Part shown: positions 9,800-18,848 of the stretch, one piece after another
Layout of the letters: each line of letters opens with the position of its first letter
Position numbering within the stretch: position 1 is the stretch's first letter
Assembly (NCBI GenBank): GCA_965226495.1
Contig: OZ245365.1
Coordinates: 1,664,001 to 1,728,000 of the forward strand
From: Candidatus Marinacidobacterales bacterium
GTDB taxonomy: Bacteria; Acidobacteriota; Vicinamibacteria; Marinacidobacterales; DATDRI01
Length of the DNA stretch: 64,000 bases
Direction of reading: 5' to 3'
Notes under the pieces: model-generated
Told to the model about the DNA's origin: nothing
Databases searched by the model: none
The model's input: the letters and a program-made list of their open reading frames with translations, nothing else
Position numbers and translations under genes: made by a program

Positions 9800-11683
9800 A
9801 TGTGTGGCATCGCCGGGGTCATCCCACGCGACCCGGCCAAACTTCCCGATCGTCAGGAGATCGACCGTATGGTCGAGCGACTCCACCACCGCGGACCGGA
9901 CGACGTGGGCGTCGTCACTTTGCCGGGGGTGGGTCTCGGGCTGAAACGACTGTCCATCATTGACGTCGCGGGTGGACGTCAACCCCTCAAGAACGAAGAC
10001 GGCTCCGTTGCCTTCGTCGGCAACGGCGAGATTTATAACTACCGTTCTCTTCGCGAAGAGCTCATCGCCCAGGGCCATCGCTTTGCCACTGGCTCCGACA
10101 TGGAAGTCATCGTGCACGGCTACGAGTTGTGGGGTGACGGCGTGGTCAACCGTCTCAACGGCCAGTTTGCCTTCGCCCTTTGGGACGGACCCCGGCAGCG
10201 ACTGCTGGCGGCACGGGACCGCGCGGGTGAGAAACCCCTTTACTACTTCGAAGGTGTCGATGACATCGTCTTTGCGTCCGAGATCAAGGCGATTCTCACC
10301 AGGACCGACATTCCCCGGCAGTTGGATCTCGAGGGCCTGGATACGTTCCTTACTTACGAGTTCATCGTCGCTCCTCACACGATTTTCCAAGGAATCAAGA
10401 AGCTTCCCGCCGCACATCTACTGACGGTTGAGAGAGGAAAGGTCGCAATCGAACCGTACTGGGATGTGCCCACGGCAACCAAGGATGATCAGACCGAGGC
10501 AGAATGGGCGGAAGAGCTCCGGGCAACGCTCGGGCGGGCGGTCGAGTCTCAAATGATGAGCGACGTGCCGCTCGGTGCGTTCTTGTCGGGTGGAATCGAT
10601 AGCAGCGCTGTCGTGGCGTTCATGGCGCAGGCTTCCGAGCGACCGGTCAAGACGTTCTCGATCGGTTTCGCGGAAGGAAGCTACGACGAGACAAGATATT
10701 CGAGGGAGATTGCACGACTTTTCAAGACCGAGCATCGTGAAGAGCGGATCGAGCCACGCGTGGAAGATCTCTTCGACAAGCTCGTGGTGCATCTGGACGA
10801 GCCGTTCGCTGATGTATCGCTCTTTCCGACTTTCCTAGTCAGCGAAGTTGCTACCCAAGACGTGAAGGTCGTATTGTCCGGCGACGGCGGCGATGAGCTC
10901 TTCGCCGGTTACGACTGGTATCAAGCCGATCGTATCGCTCGAACGCTGGAGCGTTACTCTGGCCAGGCCGGTCTCCGCGCGTTGGCGGCGGTCAGCGAGC
11001 TCCTTCCTCCGACCGAGAAGAAGAAGGGCTTCATCAACAAGGCAAAACGTTTCCTTGCTGGCGCGACGGCGCCCGCGAGCCTTGAACATTATCGCTGGAT
11101 GACGCACCTCGGTGCCGATGAGAAGCAAGAGATTTATACCGATGAGTTCATCGCCGGCTTGGCGTCATTCGATCCCGCTGCTCCCGTTCTTCGCAGCCTC
11201 GGCTCCCCGCGGGAAGACTTGCTCAATCGGCAGCTCTATGCCGACTTCAAGATTTTTCTGGCCGACGACATTTTGGTGAAGGTCGATCGCATGAGCATGG
11301 CCACCTCGCTCGAGGCGAGGGCTCCTTTCTTGGATCGGGACGTCATCGAGCTGGCCTTTCGAATGCCGGGCAGCTTGAAGCTTCGTGGCAATACGAGAAA
11401 GCACATTCTCAAGGAAGCCATGAAGGGTATCTTGCCCGAATCCATTCTTCATCGCCGCAAGGAAGGCTTCAGCATCCCGATGAAGAACTGGCTGCGGCGA
11501 GAGCTTCGCCCACTGATGCAGGAGCTACTCTCCGAAGAAAGAGTTCGTCGTCGCGGTCTCTTCCGCTGGCCCGCCATCGAACGCCGCATCGCGGAGCATC
11601 TAGCGGGTCGAGCCAATCACGCCCACCAGCTATTCCCGTTGATGGTCTTCGAGCGTTGGGCCGGAGAGTTCCTCGACCAGTAA
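9800..11683 (+). CDS. asnB: asparagine synthase (glutamine-hydrolysing)-like amidotransferase
   Basis: N-terminal MCGIAG, HRGPD, NGEIYN, LSGGIDSS, SGDGGDELF, KVDRMSM. Confidence 0.93.
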   Translation: MCGIAGVIPRDPAKLPDRQEIDRMVERLHHRGPDDVGVVTLPGVGLGLKRLSIIDVAGGRQPLKNEDGSVAFVGNGEIYNYRSLREELIAQGHRFATGSDMEVIVHGYELWGDGVVNRLNGQFAFALWDGPRQRLLAARDRAGEKPLYYFEGVDDIVFASEIKAILTRTDIPRQLDLEGLDTFLTYEFIVAPHTIFQGIKKLPAAHLLTVERGKVAIEPYWDVPTATKDDQTEAEWAEELRATLGRAVESQMMSDVPLGAFLSGGIDSSAVVAFMAQASERPVKTFSIGFAEGSYDETRYSREIARLFKTEHREERIEPRVEDLFDKLVVHLDEPFADVSLFPTFLVSEVATQDVKVVLSGDGGDELFAGYDWYQADRIARTLERYSGQAGLRALAAVSELLPPTEKKKGFINKAKRFLAGATAPASLEHYRWMTHLGADEKQEIYTDEFIAGLASFDPAAPVLRSLGSPREDLLNRQLYADFKIFLADDILVKVDRMSMATSLEARAPFLDRDVIELAFRMPGSLKLRGNTRKHILKEAMKGILPESILHRRKEGFSIPMKNWLRRELRPLMQELLSEERVRRRGLFRWPAIERRIAEHLAGRANHAHQLFPLMVFERWAGEFLDQ

Positions 11684-11715
11684 GCTGTACCAACGAAGTT
11701 GGTACCACCTCTGTT

Positions 11716-11771
11716 ACCTCTCCCCCGACCGCGGGGGAGAGGTCGTCCGCCGAAGGCGGGCGGGTGAGGGG
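11716..11771. repeat. REP-like double hairpin (CCTCTCCCCC..GGGGGAGAGG / GGTGAGGGG family)
   Basis: ACCTCTCCCCCG-N4-CGGGGGAGAGGT, then CGTCCGCC-GAA-GGCGGGCG and GGTGAGGGG; same motif family at 48250-48380. Confidence 0.65.
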
Positions 11772-12014
11772 CTCGTGGATAGCGGCGATGAGGTTCAGTA
11801 TCGACTTCATTGTTACAGTCCACCGGTCGTCTAACTCAACTGCTCGAACACCTCCTGCCCGTTGTTCCTGGGAACTTCTGCGCTCGTGCGGTGTCCATAG
11901 AATAGAGCGGAGTTGAAGGATTCGCTCACCGCCAAACTGGCCGCGGCCTCTTGATTTTCGGGCGAGCCACACTCGCTCGAGCTCGTAACTCCTTCGGAGA
12001 GGACAGGAGAGTCC

Positions 12015-12734
12015 ATGGCCGTAACATTTTGTCTGTCAGCGGAAACCCTTCGCCCCAATCGCTCCCGCGGAGCGTCCCTGGCCAGCCTCTTGACGGCCGG
12101 CTTACTTCAAACCGTTGCCGGCGCGTTGCTCGTCGTTCTGCCCTTGCTAGGTGCACCTGCGCTTCCCGAGCCCCATCGGTCTCCTCCCCCGTTCATACTC
12201 TTCGTGAAGCCGGCACCGCCTCCGGCGGCTCGGGAGTCGGCACCACGAGAACGAGAGAAGATCCCCACGATTTCGGCGCACGGAAGCCGGCGATTCTTGG
12301 CACCGGCCGACATCCCGCTCGGCATCCCCGACGAGATCGGCGGCGAACCAGAAGGACTGGGTGTCGAGGGTGGTCTTCCCGTCGGTCTGGGAGCCGAGAT
12401 CGTGTTTCGCCTACCACCGGGAAGACAGGAACCCAGCAAGCCGGTGAGACCGGGCGGGGACATCAAACCGCCGAGGAGAATCAAATACGTCGTGCCGATC
12501 TATCCTGAGCTAGCCAAGAAGGCCCGCGTCGAAGGCATCGTCATCTTGGAAGCCATCATCGATCCAAGCGGCCAGGTCAGTAACCTTAGGGTGTTGCGAT
12601 CCGTACCGCTGCTCGACGATGCCGCTTTGAGCGCGGTCCAGCAATGGCACTATGAGCCGACCCTGCTAAACGGCGTGTCCGTTCCAATCGTGATGACCGT
12701 GACCGTGCAATTCGAGCTCGCCCGCGGCAGGTGA
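12015..12734 (+). CDS. TonB-family energy transducer
   Basis: N-terminal TM, Pro-rich linker, YPELAKKARVEGIVILEAIID..LDDAALSAVQQWHYEP. Confidence 0.85.
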   Translation: MAVTFCLSAETLRPNRSRGASLASLLTAGLLQTVAGALLVVLPLLGAPALPEPHRSPPPFILFVKPAPPPAARESAPREREKIPTISAHGSRRFLAPADIPLGIPDEIGGEPEGLGVEGGLPVGLGAEIVFRLPPGRQEPSKPVRPGGDIKPPRRIKYVVPIYPELAKKARVEGIVILEAIIDPSGQVSNLRVLRSVPLLDDAALSAVQQWHYEPTLLNGVSVPIVMTVTVQFELARGR

Positions 12735-12741
12735 ATCGACC

Positions 12742-15267
12742 TCACCGAAAGTACACGGTGGGCCCGGGCGTGCCGTAAGTGCGTGCGCGGACGTGCAAGT
12801 GCCGGTTGAAGAGTTCCGTATCGAGATCCAAGTACTGGGTTTGTCGCCAAATACGTAGCTTCATATCGTGAACCCGTCGGCGAAACGCCCGGATCGCGTC
12901 GTATTGCTCCATCGACCGCACGCGCCAGCCATCGAGCCCGACAATCACGTCGCCGCCACGCAGGCCGGCTTTGTCGATCGCCGAGCTCTTCCCGTCGAGC
13001 AGTAGTCCGCCTCGAGGAGGCTCGGCGTCATGCTCCTCCGGGAGCGGCTCGAGACCCGTCGGGAAGACTTTTCCTGCCAGTCGCTCGAGTTTCTCTCGAT
13101 AGGCTTCACGACCTTCCCCATGGGTCATCCGATAGTAGAACCCGAGAAGTGGATAGGACGCCGGGTCCTCGGAGTCGTATCGCTCTCCGTTTTTCCTGTA
13201 CCAGGATTCCGCTTGGGCGGGTCGACCCAGGCGTTCGTACAAACTCGCCAGCGTCGTCAACCCGCCCGAGCAGTAGGTCTCGGCGACCATCTCCGCGGTC
13301 TTCATCGCCTCGGTTCGGCGACCTTGGTCGAAGTAATAATGGACCAGCCATTCGCAGCTGTTGCACAGATAGATGCGGTCGGGGGCTTCGCGTACGGCCT
13401 GTTCGAACGCGGCTGCAGCCTCGTCATCCCGCCCGGCCCGCACGAGTGACCATCCGAAGCCGATGCACTCGTTAGCATCGAGAGTGCACATTTTCTCGTA
13501 AAGCAGTGTCTCGTCTTCGGCCTCGTCGCCGAGGGCATCGCGCATCCAATAGAGAGCGCCGAGATCGAAATCGACCCGGTCACCGAGCTCTCCCTCGATC
13601 TGTTCGGCCGTCGGTTTCTTCCGCTCCAGCCGTTGCATCAACACGTAGAGGAAGGAACGGTGACGCGGCGCAACCTCGCGGAGAGCCTCGAGGGCCTGGT
13701 CTTGCTTGACGGACGGTCCGATGGCACGCAAACGCGCCCACGTATCGAAAACCGTCGTCACTAGGATGCCTCGGGAAAACCAGGCATCCCCTCGCGGCAT
13801 GCTCAACCTTCTCACCATGAGGGAAGTGGTGTCGGCCATGTACTGCCAGTTGTTGGCGTTGACGAGCTCGGGCTTTCTGCGCGTGAGATTAATCGTGCCG
13901 TCCATCCCCTCGATGTCTTCGACATAGGCACCGGTCCGACGGGTTCGGTGTACCCGCACGATGGGGTAAAGCGTTAGTCCTTCGAAGAGGTTATCCGCCT
14001 GCGCCCCGTGACCCTCCGCCCAGTCCGGGCGCCCCACCACACTTCGCATATGCTCGTCCGAGAGCGCCAACAGCCCACAGATGTGCCGTTGGAAGAAAGC
14101 GGCCCAGGTACCCCATCCTATGACCCGCGGTCCCTCCGAGGTGACGCAGCGTTCCGCCGGCTCGTTCAATCCATCGATGATGGCGCCGGGTGTCATGGGG
14201 CGCTCACGCGAAAGAGTCCACACCTCCTCGAACTCTGCGAGCTCCCGTTCCAGTTGAGAGCTGATGAAGCGGTTATCGCTGGCTGCACCGCTGTACCTCC
14301 AGCTCACGATCCGGCTCCAATCCGCCTGGCCCCCGCGAACCTCGGCGCCCATTCTCTTGGCAGCCGTGGTGGAGTCGACGGTGACGGTCAATGCGCGAAA
14401 CCGTTTCATGCTCTCGAATAGAGTGTCCGGCTCGTCGGTGGACCGCCGCCAATCGTACGTGGAATGCATGTACAGCCCATTGACCCATGATGCGGATACT
14501 GGCGTTGCGTTTTCGGAGAGCCGACCGAGCGCTGCAAGCGCTTCCTCCTGGCGACCGAGAATCACGAGGTGCGTCGCCTCAGCGAACTCTCCGGTGAGGC
14601 TGCGGGGCACCGGACCCGACAGAGCGCGCGCCATGGCGAGATGGGCCGTGATCCGGCAACGCACCTGCCGCAAGTCCCCGAACCGATACGAAGCCTCCCG
14701 TAGTGCGAAGGCACCGAGAAGAAGAGCCGCCTCTTCGTGGGCCTCGGCATCTAGCATGTTCGACGCGAGTCGCGACGAGACCCGCTGGTTCTCGGTCTCG
14801 ATGACGCTCGGAAGGGGCTCGAGGAGTCTTTCGAGCAGCGAGGAGTCCTCGACACTCGTGGAGGCTGAAGGGCTCTGTGCATTCGATCCCAGTAGGGCGC
14901 GGGCCAGCTCCGCGTAGTTCTGCGGATTCCAGAGAGAGCCCTCGAGGACAAGCTCTCGCGAAACCGAATCAGAGCTGCCTCGAACAGAAACCTCAACGCG
15001 CACGAGCGGGAGCGGTTCGTTGTCTACCGCGACACGCTCGACAGAAATCGAGACATCATTAATATTGCCCTGCTGCGAATACGCAGCCATCTCGACGATG
15101 TCGCGCACGATCTCATCGAGGAGCCAATCCTCTTCGGTCGCAAAACGAGACTTGAGCGAGGCGGGCGTACCCCCCATGCGCGAGCCGACGCGATCGTAGA
15201 CGTAGAATCCGAGCACGCCCCCGAGGACGAGCAAGAGGATTATCCCGACGAGACTTCTCTTCGTCAT
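12742..15267 (-). CDS. membrane-anchored helical-repeat (TPR-like) protein with C-terminal PDZ-like domain
   Basis: N-terminal TM; TPR-like helices; SAIDKAGLRGGDVIVGLDG PDZ motif. Confidence 0.65.
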   Translation of the reverse strand: MTKRSLVGIILLLVLGGVLGFYVYDRVGSRMGGTPASLKSRFATEEDWLLDEIVRDIVEMAAYSQQGNINDVSISVERVAVDNEPLPLVRVEVSVRGSSDSVSRELVLEGSLWNPQNYAELARALLGSNAQSPSASTSVEDSSLLERLLEPLPSVIETENQRVSSRLASNMLDAEAHEEAALLLGAFALREASYRFGDLRQVRCRITAHLAMARALSGPVPRSLTGEFAEATHLVILGRQEEALAALGRLSENATPVSASWVNGLYMHSTYDWRRSTDEPDTLFESMKRFRALTVTVDSTTAAKRMGAEVRGGQADWSRIVSWRYSGAASDNRFISSQLERELAEFEEVWTLSRERPMTPGAIIDGLNEPAERCVTSEGPRVIGWGTWAAFFQRHICGLLALSDEHMRSVVGRPDWAEGHGAQADNLFEGLTLYPIVRVHRTRRTGAYVEDIEGMDGTINLTRRKPELVNANNWQYMADTTSLMVRRLSMPRGDAWFSRGILVTTVFDTWARLRAIGPSVKQDQALEALREVAPRHRSFLYVLMQRLERKKPTAEQIEGELGDRVDFDLGALYWMRDALGDEAEDETLLYEKMCTLDANECIGFGWSLVRAGRDDEAAAAFEQAVREAPDRIYLCNSCEWLVHYYFDQGRRTEAMKTAEMVAETYCSGGLTTLASLYERLGRPAQAESWYRKNGERYDSEDPASYPLLGFYYRMTHGEGREAYREKLERLAGKVFPTGLEPLPEEHDAEPPRGGLLLDGKSSAIDKAGLRGGDVIVGLDGWRVRSMEQYDAIRAFRRRVHDMKLRIWRQTQYLDLDTELFNRHLHVRARTYGTPGPTVYFR

Positions 15268-15279
15268 GTCGGGGTCTCT

Positions 15280-16080
15280 CTACTTGAGGGCGATCTCTTT
15301 TCGCTGGAAGACGAGAGTACCCGCGATCACCGCAGCGAGCGCATAGAGTGTGTTCTCCAAGAACACTGCACCGTACAGGCCGTAGTTCGGTGAAAGGATC
15401 CCGGTGACCAGGCCTCCTTCCAAGAGACCATCCGGAATACGAGCGGGTGCCAGGAAATACCCAGCGTCAGCGATGATCTTCCAGGCCCCGCGAGAATACT
15501 CCGTGAATACCCAGGTAAAGCTTCGTAGGTAAAACAAGACGAGTGCAAAACCGCCCGCCAACACGGGATTGAAAACGCTCGAAAGGGCCATGCAGACGGC
15601 GCTCACGATAGCTAGTCGCAGCAAGAGCTCCGCGATACCGATTGCGAAGACGGTCGAGGGATAAAGCTCCCAGTACCAGCACAGCCCGATCCCCACCAAG
15701 GTGCCTGCGCCGAGGAACATGGCTAGGAACCCGAGGGTCCCCAGCCACTTCGCCAAGAAGAAGTGCCACCGCTCGACCGGTCGACTGAGCACGGAGACGA
15801 TGGTGCGGTTCTTGATTTCCGAAGAAATCGCGACCGAGCCCAGGAATACGGCGAGCACTGTGCTCCAGAATTCCATGATTCCGAAGAGCCCGAGGATCAA
15901 CTGACTGTGAAACTGAGCGCGTGCCTCGATCTCCCCGGGCGCGTCCGCCATGTCCATATAAACCATGCCGTAAAGGGCCTGGGCCCCGAAGAGCAAAGCG
16001 ACGAAGAGAAGGATGTAGGTGATCTTGCGGCGGAGCGCCTCTTCCCACGTATTGAGGGCGATCGTCCAAACGCTAGCCAT
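15280..16080 (-). CDS. ABC-2 type transporter permease
   Basis: ISSEIKNRTIVSVLSRPVERWHFFLAKWLG, six TM segments, FQRKEI end. Confidence 0.88.
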   Translation of the reverse strand: MASVWTIALNTWEEALRRKITYILLFVALLFGAQALYGMVYMDMADAPGEIEARAQFHSQLILGLFGIMEFWSTVLAVFLGSVAISSEIKNRTIVSVLSRPVERWHFFLAKWLGTLGFLAMFLGAGTLVGIGLCWYWELYPSTVFAIGIAELLLRLAIVSAVCMALSSVFNPVLAGGFALVLFYLRSFTWVFTEYSRGAWKIIADAGYFLAPARIPDGLLEGGLVTGILSPNYGLYGAVFLENTLYALAAVIAGTLVFQRKEIALK

Positions 16081-17005
16081 CGGAGGAACCTCCTACGTGC
16101 TTCATGTAAAGATCCTCGAGCGATTGGGAGCGCCGTTTCAACGTGCCCACTTCCAACCCCGCTTCGGTCATCTGCTGCAAGAGCCTCCGCTTCTCGTCCA
16201 ACGAACAAACAAACGTGGCTTTACCCGGTTGCCGGTTCACCCGATTGAATCCGGCAGCGACCAGGGAATCCGACGAGGCGTCTTCGCCCAGCACTTCGAC
16301 TTCCCACAGCTCTTGATCCCCGGTGAGCCGTTCGATGTCCTCCGCAAGAACGACCTCGCCATTGCGGATCATCACCACCCGATCGCAGGTCCTTTCAACG
16401 TCGGAGAGAATGTGACTACTCAAGAAAACGGTTCGTTCTTGTGCTTTTTCCTCCAAGATGATCTCGGCGACCAGCTTCCGGCCCTCGGGATCGAGCCCGG
16501 TGGTCGGCTCGTCTAGGACTAGGAACTCGGGCTCGTGCAAGAGCGCCTGCGCGAGCCCCAATCGCTGCATCATCCCTTTGGAGAACGTTCCGACCTTTCG
16601 GTCCGCCGCTTCCATAAGCCCCAACCGGGCGAGCTGTTGATCGATGCGAGTCGCCCGCTCGCCGTCCGGTATGCCCGAGAGCTTCGCGTAGAAGGCCAAC
16701 GAGCGCCGAGCGGTATGGAACGGGTAAGTATGGAAGATTTCGGATTGGAACCCGAGTCTCCCCCGGGCTGCCTTGGACCCCGCGGGCTCCCCGAAGACCG
16801 CAATACGGCCCTCATCCGGTTTCAGGAAACCGAGGATGGAAAGAATGGTTGTCGTCTTGCCGGCTCCGTTGGGCCCGACGAATGCCACCACCGAGCCTCG
16901 ATGCACTTGAAGCGAGAGCTCATTGACGGCGCGCACCACCGGTCTTCGAAAACCCGAACGGTAGCTCTTGGTGAGCCCCTCGATTTCCAGGACCGGAGAG
17001 CTCAA
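16073..17005 (-). CDS. ABC transporter ATP-binding protein
   Basis: Walker A GPNGAGKT, FSKGM signature, LDEPTTGLD. Confidence 0.95.
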   Translation of the reverse strand: MSSPVLEIEGLTKSYRSGFRRPVVRAVNELSLQVHRGSVVAFVGPNGAGKTTTILSILGFLKPDEGRIAVFGEPAGSKAARGRLGFQSEIFHTYPFHTARRSLAFYAKLSGIPDGERATRIDQQLARLGLMEAADRKVGTFSKGMMQRLGLAQALLHEPEFLVLDEPTTGLDPEGRKLVAEIILEEKAQERTVFLSSHILSDVERTCDRVVMIRNGEVVLAEDIERLTGDQELWEVEVLGEDASSDSLVAAGFNRVNRQPGKATFVCSLDEKRRLLQQMTEAGLEVGTLKRRSQSLEDLYMKHVGGSSDG

Positions 17006-17571
17006 TACTCGACCATCCCGGTCTCGAACTCTTCGTCCAGAAGCGATTCGACGCGATAGGCGAGATAGGGGTCGATGCCTTCGAGCACCGCGGTCACCAC
17101 CCCATCGGCGTTGAGGAGGATCGTAGTGGGGACGACGTGCACACGATGGCGCGCCGCAACGACACCGTCGGGGTCGAGGAGGACCGGAAACGACACCGGT
17201 CTTTCGTTAAGAAAATCCCGGATGGTATCTTCGGTGTCTCCCACGTTGACCGCGAGAATCTGGACCCCCTCGTCCTGATATTCCTCATAGAGTCTTTGAA
17301 GCTGCAGCAGCTCCATACGGCAGGGCGTAAACCAGGTTGCCCAGTAGTTGACGACGATGACCACATGATCGGAGACCTCTTTCGCAAGCGCGACCTCGCC
17401 GCCATCGAGCTCCGGCAGCGCGAAATCAGGAGGAGCCTCTCCACGAGGGAGGGAGTCTTGGAAGCCTTGAAGTGCTTCGACCTGCCTCACGTCGGTCTTT
17501 ACCTTGAAACTGAACGCAGCCACAGCGGCAAAGAAGACGAATACGAAGGCGCCGATCGCGTAAGGCTTCAT
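17002..17571 (-). CDS. TlpA/ResA-like thioredoxin with altered active site (FxxC)
   Basis: PDFALPELDG..NYWATWFTPCRMEL..VPTTILL; first Cys position is TTT. Confidence 0.8.
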   Translation of the reverse strand: MKPYAIGAFVFVFFAAVAAFSFKVKTDVRQVEALQGFQDSLPRGEAPPDFALPELDGGEVALAKEVSDHVVIVVNYWATWFTPCRMELLQLQRLYEEYQDEGVQILAVNVGDTEDTIRDFLNERPVSFPVLLDPDGVVAARHRVHVVPTTILLNADGVVTAVLEGIDPYLAYRVESLLDEEFETGMVEY

Positions 17572-17653
17572 GTGCTGGCCTCTGCTAAAGGGAAAACGGT
17601 GCTGTCGTCATCCTAGGGCAGGCGAATCGGCCTGTCAAAACACCGGGAAGAGA

Positions 17654-17710
17654 TGTGTTCTCAGTGGAAGCGGCTTGGTCGTCCGAAGTCTCTTCGACCT
17701 GACGATTTGA
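17654..17710 (+). pseudogene. intI: 3'-terminal remnant (about 18 codons) of an integron integrase
   Basis: Reads CVLSGSGLVVRSLFDLTI* versus [18 protein letters not shown] of the integrase ending at 61681. Confidence 0.8.
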
Positions 17711-17934
17711 AAAGCCGACGCCCGCGCCCTACAATCGCCCAAAGGGGTCTCGCGGCGATATCCACATATCCAGACCCACCGGACGCGGAGTATCCCGGAC
17801 GGGAGACAACGCATCATGTCCAACACGAATGGGGTCAGCTACATGAACAACGACACCCACGCTGCATTATCCAATACACGAGCCGGCTTGGATGTGCTAT
17901 CGAATAATCCAGATCTAGATACTTACTGTTGGGC
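17711..17934 (+). mobile_element. attI platform copy A (spacer plus attI; crossover G/TT at 17928-17930)
   Basis: About 198/220 nt identical (hand count) to 61682-61901; homology stops exactly at GTT; core GTTGGGC complements R'' GCCCAAC of the next attC. Confidence 0.85.
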
Positions 17935-17952
17935 GGATTCGTGAGGTCTTAG

Positions 17953-18504
17953 GTGGTAGGCCCTGACAGCCGTGTTGCGATTTGGAACACCTACTTCAAG
18001 CTCGCCTGGGAGCAGGCCAAGGCGGTGCACGAGTTATCGACCGGTCACTCAAGTAAGGACACCTTCAGGCCCTGGGGTGGCACGCTTCCCGATGGCGAGC
18101 CGGAAGTATTGGCGGTGGTCGTGTTCTGTACCCTAGCGATCGAAGCGCGCGCCAATCACCTGATCGAGGAACTAATCGAGGCTGGTAAGATATCCAAAGA
18201 TACTGGGCGGGCAGCGCGTTGGTTGCCACCAAGAGAGAGGTGGTTCCTCCTCCCAGCGCTCGCGGGTTCCAGCGCTCAACTTGACTCGACCGCTGGTCCT
18301 CACCAAGCTGTGGCTCAAGTTTGCGAGTTACGTAACGATTTCCTGCACGTCAACTACGCAGCTCTTTCTGCAAAGCTGCCGACCGCCACCACAGTGCTGA
18401 GCTACTTTCAACGTGTCGTGGAGGCGTTTGAGGATATGAACGTGTTGCTGGGACGTATCGAGTCGCCGCGCGCGGAAGTTCTTCGGCTCGGGCGGTTCAA
18501 ATGA
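17953..18504 (+). CDS. gene cassette A1: helical protein with HEPN-like RxxxxH motif
   Basis: Between attI and attC; AIEARAN...LRNDFLH. Confidence 0.7.
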   Translation: MVGPDSRVAIWNTYFKLAWEQAKAVHELSTGHSSKDTFRPWGGTLPDGEPEVLAVVVFCTLAIEARANHLIEELIEAGKISKDTGRAARWLPPRERWFLLPALAGSSAQLDSTAGPHQAVAQVCELRNDFLHVNYAALSAKLPTATTVLSYFQRVVEAFEDMNVLLGRIESPRAEVLRLGRFK

Positions 18505-18511
18505 GGCCACC

Positions 18512-18646
18512 GCCCAACACGCCGTTGGAGCGGACGATCGGCGCCAGCGCTGCTTGGCTGGTGCGCTTCGGCAGGTATTGTCGTAGCATGTTATTAAAGG
18601 AAGGGCTAAGGGTGGCACCGCTCGCCGCTCAACGGCCCTGTTGAGT
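18512..18646 (+). mobile_element. attC site (cassette A1)
   Basis: R'' GCCCAAC, L'' GTTGGAGC (extra G), L' GCTCAAC, R' GTT at 18640; arms nearly identical to the attC at 62470-62565. Confidence 0.9.
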
Positions 18647-18761
18647 CTGTAGGAAAACCTCAAAGGGGGTGAATAGATGACCCTATTTCGTCACGAGAGG
18701 CCGCCTTCGAGTGCGAGATCAGGCCATCTAGAGCAGGGCTTCAGGGTTTTCCTACAGACTC
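18643..18761. mobile_element. 119-bp MITE with perfect 17-bp terminal inverted repeats and a GTT target duplication
   Basis: GTT|GAGTCTGTAGGAAAACC...GGTTTTCCTACAGACTC|GTTAGGC. Confidence 0.88.
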
Positions 18762-18848
18762 GTTAGGCCGACGGAAATCTGCAGACTTGTTGTTTGGCGA
18801 GGACGGTCGTTGCGCAAGCTGTCGCTCTAGCTCTAATCTTAGGGAACG

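Noticed and set aside
17653-17907. Similar open frames across both attI spacers (also 61510-61878)
   Set aside because: No shared start or RBS; similarity follows from DNA identity in GC-rich sequence.
17816-17944. 42-codon ORF crossing attI(A), like ORF-11 of class 1 integrons
   Set aside because: The equivalent frame in copy B stops early at a TAG, so it is not conserved.
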